Assembly: GCA_964547485.1 (NCBI GenBank)
Contig: CAZJNU010000007.1
Location: forward strand, 535 to 64,534
DNA from: an uncultured Actinomycetes bacterium
Lineage (GTDB): Bacteria; Actinomycetota; Actinomycetes; S36-B12; UBA10799
Length of the DNA stretch: 64,000 nucleotides
Reading direction: 5' to 3'
Positions 9,156-17,996 of the stretch are shown here, piece by piece. The number at the start of each line of letters is the position of its first letter. Position 1 is the first letter of the stretch. A program made the position numbers and the translations under genes. Under the pieces are notes generated by a model, which saw only the letters and a list, made by a program, of their open reading frames with translations, did no database searches and was not told the origin of the DNA.

Positions 9156-11035
9156 CGTCGGACCAGGCCCGAGCCGAGAGCCTCCCGACGGGCCGCGCCG
9201 GGGGCCGCCGTCAGGGCCCGTGGGCCGCGCTACTCGCGGTGCTGACCTTCTCCCCGACCGTTCTGCTGGTGATCAGTCAAGCCCTCAATGTGGGCCATCC
9301 CTACACACTCGGTGGCAGTGTCGCGCTCAGTGACAGTGCCGGGTGGAATGCCTGCGCGAGCGCCCTGGCAACCGCGCACGAGTCCGCCCACAAGGCCGAC
9401 TGGTGCCTTCGCCGTCCGATGGCCTTCATCCTCGAGGCCGGCTACTTTCCGGTAGTTCCCGCCAGCACGGCGGCAGTTATGGTTGTTCAGACTTCGCTGC
9501 TGGGCCTGGCCGCGTGGGTGATGCTGGTCGTGACTCGTCGCCGATTGCGGGCCCCCTTCTGGGCGTTGGCGGTCGCGGCGGTCGCCCTGATCTGGCCGAT
9601 CTTCAGCTACGGGGGCTCTGTTGGGCCAGAGGGGGTGTGCCTGCTGCTGTCGCTGGTATCGGCCGCGATGTTGCTGCAGTTCCTGCACGATCGGCGCCCC
9701 TGGTGGGGTGCGGGCAGCGCTGCTTTGCTGATCCTTGCCTTGCAGGCACGCCCTGGGAACATCCCCCTCACAGCGGCCGTCTGCCTGGACGTCGTGGGCG
9801 TCGTCTACCTGTCGCTGCGACGACGCCGTCTGGCCGCCGGCATTGGCGTCGGACTTGTCGCACTCTGGGTTTTGCCGAATCAACTACTGCGGTTGGCCGG
9901 AATGAAGGAGGCCGGGAACGGCGGCAATTTCTGGTACACCCTCTACTCCGCAGCAACTCCCGAGTCGGACAAGTGGTCCGACGCAGCCAGCAAGTTCCGC
10001 GATCAGCTGCAATCGGGACAACCGGAGTCCGTCGCGTTCGAGCGAGCCAAGAGCGCGGCACTTGAACTGCTCGCGCAAGATCCCTCCTACTTCCTCACCC
10101 AGTTGCGCACCAACATCGACACCTTCCTCAGCCAAGGATTCGTCAACCTGGCACTGGGAAACCCGGTACGGCTGGCTTGGGACGCGGGCATCGTCCCCGC
10201 CACTCAGCCACTGCTCGGGCTCGTCAGCCTCGCCGGTTTCGCCGCATCCTGGCTATTTCTGTTGACATTGGTTGGGGCCCTGGCCGTGGCGATCGCACGG
10301 CGACACCGCGACCGACCATGGCCGATTGAGGACCGCGTCCGCACCCATCTGGTAGTCCTGGGCCTCATCTGTTTCGTCGGAGCAGCGGGGTTCTTCGCCG
10401 TCGCAGGTCACGACGAGGCGACTCGGCACTTGGTGCAGAACATCCCGTTCCTGCTGGTCTCCTGGATCGCCGGCCTGACCCTGCTGACCACCCTCCGCCG
10501 ACCCGTCCCAATCATCGATGAAGCAACCGACGGGGCCCCCGACGAGCGCCCGAGCCTTGCACTGTCAAGGCTCGGCGGGGTCTCCAGCACCGGGATCCGG
10601 ACCGTGGCGATCACTTATGGCGCCGTGGTGCTGGCGCTGGCGCTGGTGGCAGGGGCTGAAGGACGCGTTTCGCCGACGTCCCTGACGATCGCGAGCAGTT
10701 GTGATCCCGGCGCGTCGACGGGTCGCTGGACCGTCATCGGATCCGCGCCGGTCCACACGTCGCGGCGGGTCGCGGCTCCACTGGAGTGGCGTCGGCAGTC
10801 GGGACAGCCGGCTGACCTCTTCCTGGGTGAAGGCAGTTGGTTGAACCGAGAGATGCAACGACTGCCCGCCGGGGTAGTGCTAGCGCTCAGAGACCAGGAA
10901 AGTGGGAACGTCTTGCCCGCCTTCCTGGCCGACTCCGATGACAGTCCTTACTGCTTCCGGACGGCACCCGCGGATACGGCAGCGGGGATTCTAGGACTGC
11001 GGCTCCTCAACCCCGCACCTGCCGACGAACGCTGA
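9152..11035 (+). CDS. polytopic membrane protein with C-terminal soluble domain (possible GT-C-type transferase; function unproven)
   Basis: 627 aa with an ATGA overlap onto the upstream GT2 stop. Many hydrophobic helices fill the first ~450 aa, and the last ~150 aa are hydrophilic. I recognised no catalytic motif. Confidence 0.6.
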   Translation: MTSDQARAESLPTGRAGGRRQGPWAALLAVLTFSPTVLLVISQALNVGHPYTLGGSVALSDSAGWNACASALATAHESAHKADWCLRRPMAFILEAGYFPVVPASTAAVMVVQTSLLGLAAWVMLVVTRRRLRAPFWALAVAAVALIWPIFSYGGSVGPEGVCLLLSLVSAAMLLQFLHDRRPWWGAGSAALLILALQARPGNIPLTAAVCLDVVGVVYLSLRRRRLAAGIGVGLVALWVLPNQLLRLAGMKEAGNGGNFWYTLYSAATPESDKWSDAASKFRDQLQSGQPESVAFERAKSAALELLAQDPSYFLTQLRTNIDTFLSQGFVNLALGNPVRLAWDAGIVPATQPLLGLVSLAGFAASWLFLLTLVGALAVAIARRHRDRPWPIEDRVRTHLVVLGLICFVGAAGFFAVAGHDEATRHLVQNIPFLLVSWIAGLTLLTTLRRPVPIIDEATDGAPDERPSLALSRLGGVSSTGIRTVAITYGAVVLALALVAGAEGRVSPTSLTIASSCDPGASTGRWTVIGSAPVHTSRRVAAPLEWRRQSGQPADLFLGEGSWLNREMQRLPAGVVLALRDQESGNVLPAFLADSDDSPYCFRTAPADTAAGILGLRLLNPAPADER

Positions 11036-11088
11036 TTGGTGCCAGCGTCCTCGCGAACCATACTCACGACTGGCCTTAGTCTGTGGTC

Positions 11089-12210
11089 ATGAAACTGCGG
11101 CACCCACCAGCGGCTGCGCTGCAACTTCGGCTGTTGCACCGACGGTTCCCGGTCGTGGTGGCGATCATCGCCTTGATCCTGAGTGGCTGCGGGGCTCAAT
11201 CGGCCGCCTCGCTGCTGGCCCCACCGTCCATCGCCGCAGTGCCGTCCAGCCTTCCCCAGTCCCCCGCGCAAGCAGATCAACAGCGAGCCGAACTAGCCAT
11301 GGCCATGTTCGGCACTCGGGATCTTTCAGGCGCCAACTACGGCACCACCGCGGTGACGCCAGCGAACCAGGACACGATCCCGCTCAGTCTGCGTCCGCTG
11401 GTGGTGGGCAGCTACATGCTGACAGTTCCACTGAAGTTCGAACTCTCCTCGAATGTTCGGGTACTCATCCCGGCAGCTCCACGTCACTGCGTCCTGCTGT
11501 GGCACGGAGGTCATGCAGCCGATGCGTATATCTCCGGCGGCGAGAAGGTGGTGCATGATGCTCTCGTCGCCAACTGCCGCGTCGCTGTTCTCGATATGCC
11601 GCTACACGGCGCCAACGCCGGTATCCCTGCCAGGACCAACGATGGTCGAATCGTCGACCCACAGAGACCCGACCCATACTCCCTGCACAACGATCTGTCC
11701 TGGCTGGACCCGGATAACAGTGGAGCTGCCCTCAGCTTGTTCATAGCCCCGGTGGTAGCCACGGTCGACCACTTCCTGAAGGCCAACCCCGCCAGCGACA
11801 TCACTCTGGCCGGTTTCTCAGGTGGTGGCTGGACGACAACCGTCGCCGCGGCCGTTGATCCACGGATCAGACATTCGGTGGAGGTTGCCGGCAGCCAACC
11901 CTTCGCGGATCTCAGTTCCTGCGCGGGCGACTACGAGCAGTGCCATCCGGCTCTGTTCGGCAGAGTCTCGATGACGCAGATCTATGTGCTTGCCTCCCAA
12001 GGCCTGTTCCGTGAACACGTGCAGTTCCTGAACTACTACGACACCTGCTGCTACTCGCACATCGACGGCAAGGCCTACACCGAGGTGGTGCAGCAGTCCG
12101 TCTCTGCGTCAGGCGGTGGCCTCTTCTTGATGTTCCCCGACTACACCCTGCAGACGCATGCGATCCCGGCTGCCGCTCAAGGATGGATTGCGGCGTGGCT
12201 GGCGCGCTGA
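11089..12210 (+). CDS. exported lipoprotein, alpha/beta-hydrolase fold (esterase-like)
   Basis: Signal peptide with lipobox (VVVAIIALILSGCGAQS) and a nucleophile elbow GFSGGGW (GxSxG). ATG at 11089; the track ORF starts at the GTG at 11083. Confidence 0.65.
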   Translation: MKLRHPPAAALQLRLLHRRFPVVVAIIALILSGCGAQSAASLLAPPSIAAVPSSLPQSPAQADQQRAELAMAMFGTRDLSGANYGTTAVTPANQDTIPLSLRPLVVGSYMLTVPLKFELSSNVRVLIPAAPRHCVLLWHGGHAADAYISGGEKVVHDALVANCRVAVLDMPLHGANAGIPARTNDGRIVDPQRPDPYSLHNDLSWLDPDNSGAALSLFIAPVVATVDHFLKANPASDITLAGFSGGGWTTTVAAAVDPRIRHSVEVAGSQPFADLSSCAGDYEQCHPALFGRVSMTQIYVLASQGLFREHVQFLNYYDTCCYSHIDGKAYTEVVQQSVSASGGGLFLMFPDYTLQTHAIPAAAQGWIAAWLAR

Positions 12211-12213
12211 CCC

Positions 12214-15120
12214 TCACCACCGCGCGGTGCCGAACTGCAGGCTGGCTCCGACCGGCGAGGGTGACTCCGAACGGAGCACACACAGGCGGGTACCGGCCGA
12301 GCTCTCCTGGCACGATTGTTCGCTGAGCACCATCTCCCGCTGTAATCGCCAGTAGGCGATCTCCTTCGATGTGGCAATAATCCACTGGTAAGGCTCGACG
12401 ATTCCGGTGTCAATTCGTGGCGTCCGCAGACAGGAGGCCCACATCATCGTGTAGGGCGCCTGCCACACCGGACCGTTGCCGGCGACTTGTTTCAGGGCGC
12501 TGGTTTGCAGCACTCGAACCGGGGAGAGCACCGCGCGCGGACCGGTTGAGACCGCCCAGGACAACCGGACCCGCTGCGCCCCCACTGGCGGGGTGAGCTC
12601 CAGCAGCCGCCAGTAGTCGCCCACATCTTTGACCGATAGTTCAGTGCGGGATTGAGTCGATGGAGTGGACCCTGTCCACTCGGCCACGAGATCGAACTCG
12701 GCACTCCCGGCCAGCGCCCAGGTGCGTAGCTGGCCGTCCACCGGCAACTTGAACCATGGCGTGACCGCCGACAACGCCCCGTCGGGCGCGGTCCAGGTGG
12801 TGCTGTCGACCGGTCGTCGTGCGCCGATGCGTTCGATCAGATACGGCTGGGCTGTCGCCGCGGGCTGCCCGACTGGCTCCGGGTCTGCAAATGGGAGCAC
12901 CACCTGTTGGGTCGGAACTCGCAGGCCCGACGGACCGGCGAGGCCACAGGGATTACCGGAGACGGAGCCGACCACGATACCGGGCCAGGACTTGGCCGGG
13001 GTGTCGAGCGCGTCCATCAGTAGCGGCGCCAGCGACACCGATGCCAACGCGGTCACGGTGAGGCCGACCATGAATGTCAGCACAACCCCGGGGCGATGGT
13101 CCGCGGCTGACTGCTCACCGGGGGCTTCGGGTGCGGGTTCGACCCCCCGTCGCCGCGACCGGAGAAGAACGGCGAGGACAACTCCCGCCGGTACGACCAG
13201 CAGCAACCAGAACATCGGCGACCGAGCCGGAGTGAATTCATAGAGGTCCACGGTCCAGGAATCGAGTCGTCCCCATCGGGCCGGGTACCGGGCACTGAGC
13301 CAACCAGTGACGACCACGATCGCAGAGGCGGTCAAGCCTCGAGCCAGCCAGCTCCCGGACCTGGCCATCAGCCCGACCGCCGCCAGCGCGGCCAGGGAGG
13401 CCACAGCGGGCCACAGCGCCGCCAGGTGCCAGACCCACTTGCTGGAGGTGGGCGCCAACCCGACGCACGCCCAGATGCAGGCGTAACCGAGAACAGTCGC
13501 ACCTGAGGAGGGCGCGCGATCCCGTCGAACCAGGAATCCGCCGATGCAGAGTCCGATCAGCAGCAGGCAGAAGATTCGGATCGGAACCTGCCCACCGGCG
13601 AAGTTTTGGATCCGCAGCAACTCGTTGAACGACTGGTCGTGAGCACCCTCCGAGGTGAACGCCGCGCTACTCCACTCGAACACAGACAGGTTGCTATGCA
13701 GCATCAACAGCCCGACAACCAACGCCAAGGTCACACCTGCCGTCGCTGCAATGTAGACCGCCAGCGATAACCGGTTGGACGACTCCCGCCACCATCGGAA
13801 CAACTGCGGGAGCACCGCCAGCGATGCAGTGACGACAACCCAGCCGGATTGGTGGACCGCGAAAGCCGCGGCCGCGACCACGCCGACGGCCAGCAGCAGT
13901 GACATAAGCCCGGTAGCGCGCATCGACAGAATCAGCAGGAACTGGGCCACCAATAGCAGCGACACCACCACCTCGGGGCGCAGACTCGGTAGCCACGCCA
14001 GCACGAATGCGGCCACCACTGCAGCAGCGACGCCCCTTGCCATCGCCCTGGCGTAGGGCGGGGTGACTCTGTCGATCAAGTACCGACGCAGCACCCACCA
14101 ACCGCCAATGACCATCAGCAGCGAAGGCAGTCTCAGCACCAAAAGGGGGATGTCATTGTGCCGGAGCCACGACTGTTGGATCAGGGTCCACCAGAAACCC
14201 TGCGGTTGCGGCGCGGCCGAGGCGGTGAAGTAGTTCGAGAAGAATCCCAGCGAGGAGTAGTTGCGCGCGGTGGTGAGCACCCAGCCGTCATCGGACAGGG
14301 ACGGCACGAAGAAGAGTGCAACCAGGGCAGCGAGTACGACGCCGGTGTCTGACAGCGTCCAGCGGGCCCCAGCAGGTGTCTCCGTGATTTCACCTTTCGG
14401 ACCGATGAGACGCCTCGAGGAGCGCCAGATCACGACGACCGCGGCCCCGATCACCACCATCAGCAACCACCGCCAAGCGGGCCAGGCGATCGTCGCTGGG
14501 CGGGTCAGGATGCGCACCGAGGACCCCAGTCGGAGTTCCTTCGCGATGTGCACTCCATCGATCTGGAAACTAGGCCTCACCGCACCAGGGACCGTCGACT
14601 CGGGGGCAGCCACGCTGCTCGTTCGGCTCTCGCGCCCGGCGTTCAACGTGACCGAGTCGGACGCACCGTCGTAGTGCAACCTGACGGCACAGTCCCCCTC
14701 ACCGAGCGGTTGGGTGAGTCCGGCAATCCGCGTTCCGGACGAATCCACCCAGATCTCGGGACCCGTCGACCAGAGCCCCAACTCCCTCGAACCAGCGAAC
14801 CGGAGGATTTCCAGGTCTGCAGAGTTGGTAGCGCTCCGCTGCCGGATCGCCTGGCATGGGATCGATGCGTCGATCTCAGCCGGGGCACCGGCAGACAATT
14901 CAATGGCCGTCTCGGTCGTATCGGTGGACGTGGGGGTCCAAGTCCAGGTCGTCGTCCGCCCCGAGATCGGGAGCAAGGCCATCGTCAGTGCCGCCAACAG
15001 CGCAACGAAGGCCGCCGCCGCCATCGTCCAGCCGGGTCGTCGCCCGAGCCGGCTCCGTCCCTGCTGGCCGGCAGGCTGCACCTGCGTCGTTCGGCGCGGG
15101 GAGGCGACGTTCACAGCCAC
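12214..15120 (-). CDS. Emb-like arabinosyltransferase (GT53/GT-C), paralogue 2
   Basis: 968 aa with Emb-like architecture: TM1, a ~190-aa external segment, a multi-TM core and a ~300-aa C-terminal soluble domain. The loop motif SLSDDGWVLTTARNYSSLGFFSNYF matches the catalytic DDG(Y/W) loop of EmbA/B/C. It overlaps the upstream paralogue by 10 nt. Confidence 0.8.
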   Translation of the reverse strand: MAVNVASPRRTTQVQPAGQQGRSRLGRRPGWTMAAAAFVALLAALTMALLPISGRTTTWTWTPTSTDTTETAIELSAGAPAEIDASIPCQAIRQRSATNSADLEILRFAGSRELGLWSTGPEIWVDSSGTRIAGLTQPLGEGDCAVRLHYDGASDSVTLNAGRESRTSSVAAPESTVPGAVRPSFQIDGVHIAKELRLGSSVRILTRPATIAWPAWRWLLMVVIGAAVVVIWRSSRRLIGPKGEITETPAGARWTLSDTGVVLAALVALFFVPSLSDDGWVLTTARNYSSLGFFSNYFTASAAPQPQGFWWTLIQQSWLRHNDIPLLVLRLPSLLMVIGGWWVLRRYLIDRVTPPYARAMARGVAAAVVAAFVLAWLPSLRPEVVVSLLLVAQFLLILSMRATGLMSLLLAVGVVAAAAFAVHQSGWVVVTASLAVLPQLFRWWRESSNRLSLAVYIAATAGVTLALVVGLLMLHSNLSVFEWSSAAFTSEGAHDQSFNELLRIQNFAGGQVPIRIFCLLLIGLCIGGFLVRRDRAPSSGATVLGYACIWACVGLAPTSSKWVWHLAALWPAVASLAALAAVGLMARSGSWLARGLTASAIVVVTGWLSARYPARWGRLDSWTVDLYEFTPARSPMFWLLLVVPAGVVLAVLLRSRRRGVEPAPEAPGEQSAADHRPGVVLTFMVGLTVTALASVSLAPLLMDALDTPAKSWPGIVVGSVSGNPCGLAGPSGLRVPTQQVVLPFADPEPVGQPAATAQPYLIERIGARRPVDSTTWTAPDGALSAVTPWFKLPVDGQLRTWALAGSAEFDLVAEWTGSTPSTQSRTELSVKDVGDYWRLLELTPPVGAQRVRLSWAVSTGPRAVLSPVRVLQTSALKQVAGNGPVWQAPYTMMWASCLRTPRIDTGIVEPYQWIIATSKEIAYWRLQREMVLSEQSCQESSAGTRLCVLRSESPSPVGASLQFGTARW

Positions 15121-17975
15121 CCGACAGTCTCAGTCGCCGGCACCCGGTGGATGGCCGGCAGCAGTGCTGGGCCTAGTCGGTAGAGGCATCGACCCGCAGC
15201 AGCGCGGGACTCCACCGGACAGGCGAGTTGAGCGGTCCGCATCTGAGAAACGTATCCGGCCCCATTGAGATTGGGGCGACCGACCGAGTACTCGTACCGG
15301 GAGATCAGGCCATCGGCGATCGTCGGCATCGGCACGCAGGGCGCCTGCAGATGGGTCTGCGGGTTGTTCCAGACCGGTCCCCCGCTCGCCAATTGGGCGA
15401 CCGAGGAGGACGCGACGACCTGGACAGGTGCGGTCACTGCCGGCGGACCCGAATCGGTGGCCCAGCTAAAAGCGACTCTGGTGGTACCGGACGGGATTCG
15501 CGGCCGGAAGGCCAGCCAGATCGGAGCCGCTTCGCCGTCGCGAACGAGCTGCTCGCGGGCTATTTCGGCGCCGCTGTCGTCGCCGAACACCACCTCGAAC
15601 GTGATCCCAGTGAAACGAGACCGAGCCCAGATCGCGACGGTGTCAAGGCCGGCTGTCGAATACCACTCGGTGGCGACCCAGCCGGTCGGGGTCAACGGGT
15701 TGGCGAGCACCGGCGTGTCCGCAAAGGGCGGGGTATCGGCCGGGATCAGCGGGTTCGGGTTGGCCACCGGTGGCGTCGGCACCGCGACAGTGGCGAGTAC
15801 TGGGGCCCCGACGGCCAATGGCAGCGGACGAACCGCAGTCGGCACACCGCCAGCGGCCTCCCCAGCTAGCCCACACCCCTCCCCCCGGAGCGCGGCGGTG
15901 TTCTGCCCGACCCAGGAAGCCGGATCCCCCGCCTGCGCCGCGGCGGGGCCGAGCGTGGTCAGCACCGAAATGCCAGCCGCAATCGTTGCGGTGATGACTG
16001 CGGTCATCGAGGCCGCCCTGGCCCCCGCACCGACTCCGTCGGGCGGGGCGAGACGCTGTCGGTCGTCCTTCAGCAGCCGTCCAATGGCCAGCGCAGTCAC
16101 CAGCGCCACCGCCAACACCACCAACGCCAGCCAACCCCCCGCGAACCACGGCTGCGAGGTCTGACCGGCGCTCTCCTGGGTGCTGGGGGTCATCACCCGG
16201 ACGGTGACTGTGCCCAGGTAGGTCAGCACCGCGAGTCCACAGGCGGCGCCGACCAGCCGGGACCAAGGCCTGGCAGCCTCCGACACATCGCCCAGCGCCA
16301 TCGCCAGCAACACTGCGACCGCGGGCACGACCGCAGCTGCATGCACTGGATTCTTGCTGGCGCTCAGCGCGAGTCCAAGCGCGGCCAGGGCCGCTGCCAC
16401 CCCGGCACCTGTCGCGACCCTGCCCCGAAGAGGCGACGATCTGATGAGGAAGGCCAGCGCAGCAACGATCGCAACGCCGTAGAACATCACCCTGGAAGGT
16501 ACCGCTCCAAATCCCAGTCCCGCCCCGAGCGGATACAGGGTTGCAGCTTCGTCGAAGATCCCGCCGTAGCCCGGGTCGGCGGAGAACGCCTGTACCGACC
16601 GCCACCAAAGCCATGCGTTCGTGCCGAGCATCAATAGCAGAACGAGCAGGGCAGCGGCAGCCAGCAGTTGCGGCAGGATGGCAGCCGCGGGGCGGGTGGC
16701 GGCCCGCCACCAGCCAACCAAGGTCGGCAGCATCGCCACGCAGATCCCGGCAACCGCCCAGCCACCCTGGTGCACCCCAAGAGCCGCCGCGGCCACGAGA
16801 GCCAAGGCACCGACAACCCAGGGGTCGGGACGCCGTAGGTACCGGACCGCCAGTCCGAGGGCGACCGCCACCAGCACCGCCACGGCCGGCTCCGGTCGGA
16901 GTAACAGCGCAAGGCTCGGAACGGCGAGCACGACCGCGCAGGCGCCGCCGGCGCGGGCGGTCGGCAGCGACCGCGTCGGTACGACTTGGTCGATAACCCG
17001 GCGTCGGACGAACCACCAACTCCAGACCAGTATCAGCGCCGCTGGCAATCGCAGCAGAAATGCCGGTGTTCCGGTGCCTTCCAGCCAGAGCCGCTCGAGC
17101 GTGGTCCACCAGAACCCCTGCGGCTGGGCGGTGGCCTGAATCGTGTAGTAGTTCGAGAACACTCCCAGCGAGTCGAAGGACCGGACCGTCGTGAGCACCC
17201 AGCCGTCATCGAACTCTGGTAGCGACAGCAGCAGACCGGCAGACGCCACAAGAGCGACAACCGTGTCCGAACCGGTCCAGAACGGGGTGTGCCGGTCAAC
17301 TGACTCGTCGGCGGCGATTTCGGCGGGGCGACGCCGGACGAGCACCAGCAGCCCACCGATTGCCAGCACCGCAACAGCGGCGGCGGCGATCCGCCACCCG
17401 GGTGTCTGGTGCCCCAACGAGGCCGTGGTCACGGTGGCAGTCAGACTGCCGACCAGGGCCTTGTCGCAACTGAGCGCCGAAACCGTCGGTGTGATTGGTG
17501 ACGAGGTCCCCTGCGCAAGGCGCGCGGGCAGCGGCGTGCCCGCCGCGCGGGCCGACCCGGCAGTGAGGGTGACGACGTTGCTCACACCGTCATATTCGAG
17601 TTTCAGCCGGTCGGCGTCGGCAGGCAGGGTCAACACCGCACCGGGAATATCCGCTCCAGCAATCACCGCCCACACCCGAGAGTCCTGGCTCACCACGTTC
17701 AGCGCGCGTGGGTCGAACAGATCCGTCGAAGTCGACAGAACCGTGGTGCGCGCTGCCGCGGGTATGGCCCGCAATGCCGCGGCGTCAACCTCGACCGTGA
17801 TGGCGTCAGGTGTCGGAGCGGCCAGCACGGCCGACACCGCTGCAGGCTCGCCCGCCTTCGGGGACCACTGCAACAGCGAGTGCATCGCGACCACCTGGGC
17901 AGTCGCGAACACCCCTACGGCCAGCACCGCCACGACCGCCAGCAGCCACGAGAGCCGAGCCTGCCGTTGGGTCAC
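15111..17975 (-). CDS. Emb-like arabinosyltransferase (GT53/GT-C), paralogue 1
   Basis: 954 aa with the same architecture. Loop motif PEFDDGWVLTTVRSFDSLGVFSNYYTIQATAQPQGFWW. The GTG start at 17975 lies only 21 nt after the rpsA stop. Confidence 0.8.
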   Translation of the reverse strand: MTQRQARLSWLLAVVAVLAVGVFATAQVVAMHSLLQWSPKAGEPAAVSAVLAAPTPDAITVEVDAAALRAIPAAARTTVLSTSTDLFDPRALNVVSQDSRVWAVIAGADIPGAVLTLPADADRLKLEYDGVSNVVTLTAGSARAAGTPLPARLAQGTSSPITPTVSALSCDKALVGSLTATVTTASLGHQTPGWRIAAAAVAVLAIGGLLVLVRRRPAEIAADESVDRHTPFWTGSDTVVALVASAGLLLSLPEFDDGWVLTTVRSFDSLGVFSNYYTIQATAQPQGFWWTTLERLWLEGTGTPAFLLRLPAALILVWSWWFVRRRVIDQVVPTRSLPTARAGGACAVVLAVPSLALLLRPEPAVAVLVAVALGLAVRYLRRPDPWVVGALALVAAAALGVHQGGWAVAGICVAMLPTLVGWWRAATRPAAAILPQLLAAAALLVLLLMLGTNAWLWWRSVQAFSADPGYGGIFDEAATLYPLGAGLGFGAVPSRVMFYGVAIVAALAFLIRSSPLRGRVATGAGVAAALAALGLALSASKNPVHAAAVVPAVAVLLAMALGDVSEAARPWSRLVGAACGLAVLTYLGTVTVRVMTPSTQESAGQTSQPWFAGGWLALVVLAVALVTALAIGRLLKDDRQRLAPPDGVGAGARAASMTAVITATIAAGISVLTTLGPAAAQAGDPASWVGQNTAALRGEGCGLAGEAAGGVPTAVRPLPLAVGAPVLATVAVPTPPVANPNPLIPADTPPFADTPVLANPLTPTGWVATEWYSTAGLDTVAIWARSRFTGITFEVVFGDDSGAEIAREQLVRDGEAAPIWLAFRPRIPSGTTRVAFSWATDSGPPAVTAPVQVVASSSVAQLASGGPVWNNPQTHLQAPCVPMPTIADGLISRYEYSVGRPNLNGAGYVSQMRTAQLACPVESRAAAGRCLYRLGPALLPAIHRVPATETVGWL

Positions 17976-17996
17976 CTAGGAAGGTTACCGGCTAGC

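Noticed and set aside
15643-17109. 488-aa minus-strand ORF out of frame within the Emb-like gene (and similar ones at 25055-26176 and 29149-30195 within other membrane protein genes)
   Set aside because: These are alternative frames of genes whose main frame encodes coherent TM helices and family motifs. The alternative frames are Arg/Gly-rich with no hydrophobic periodicity.
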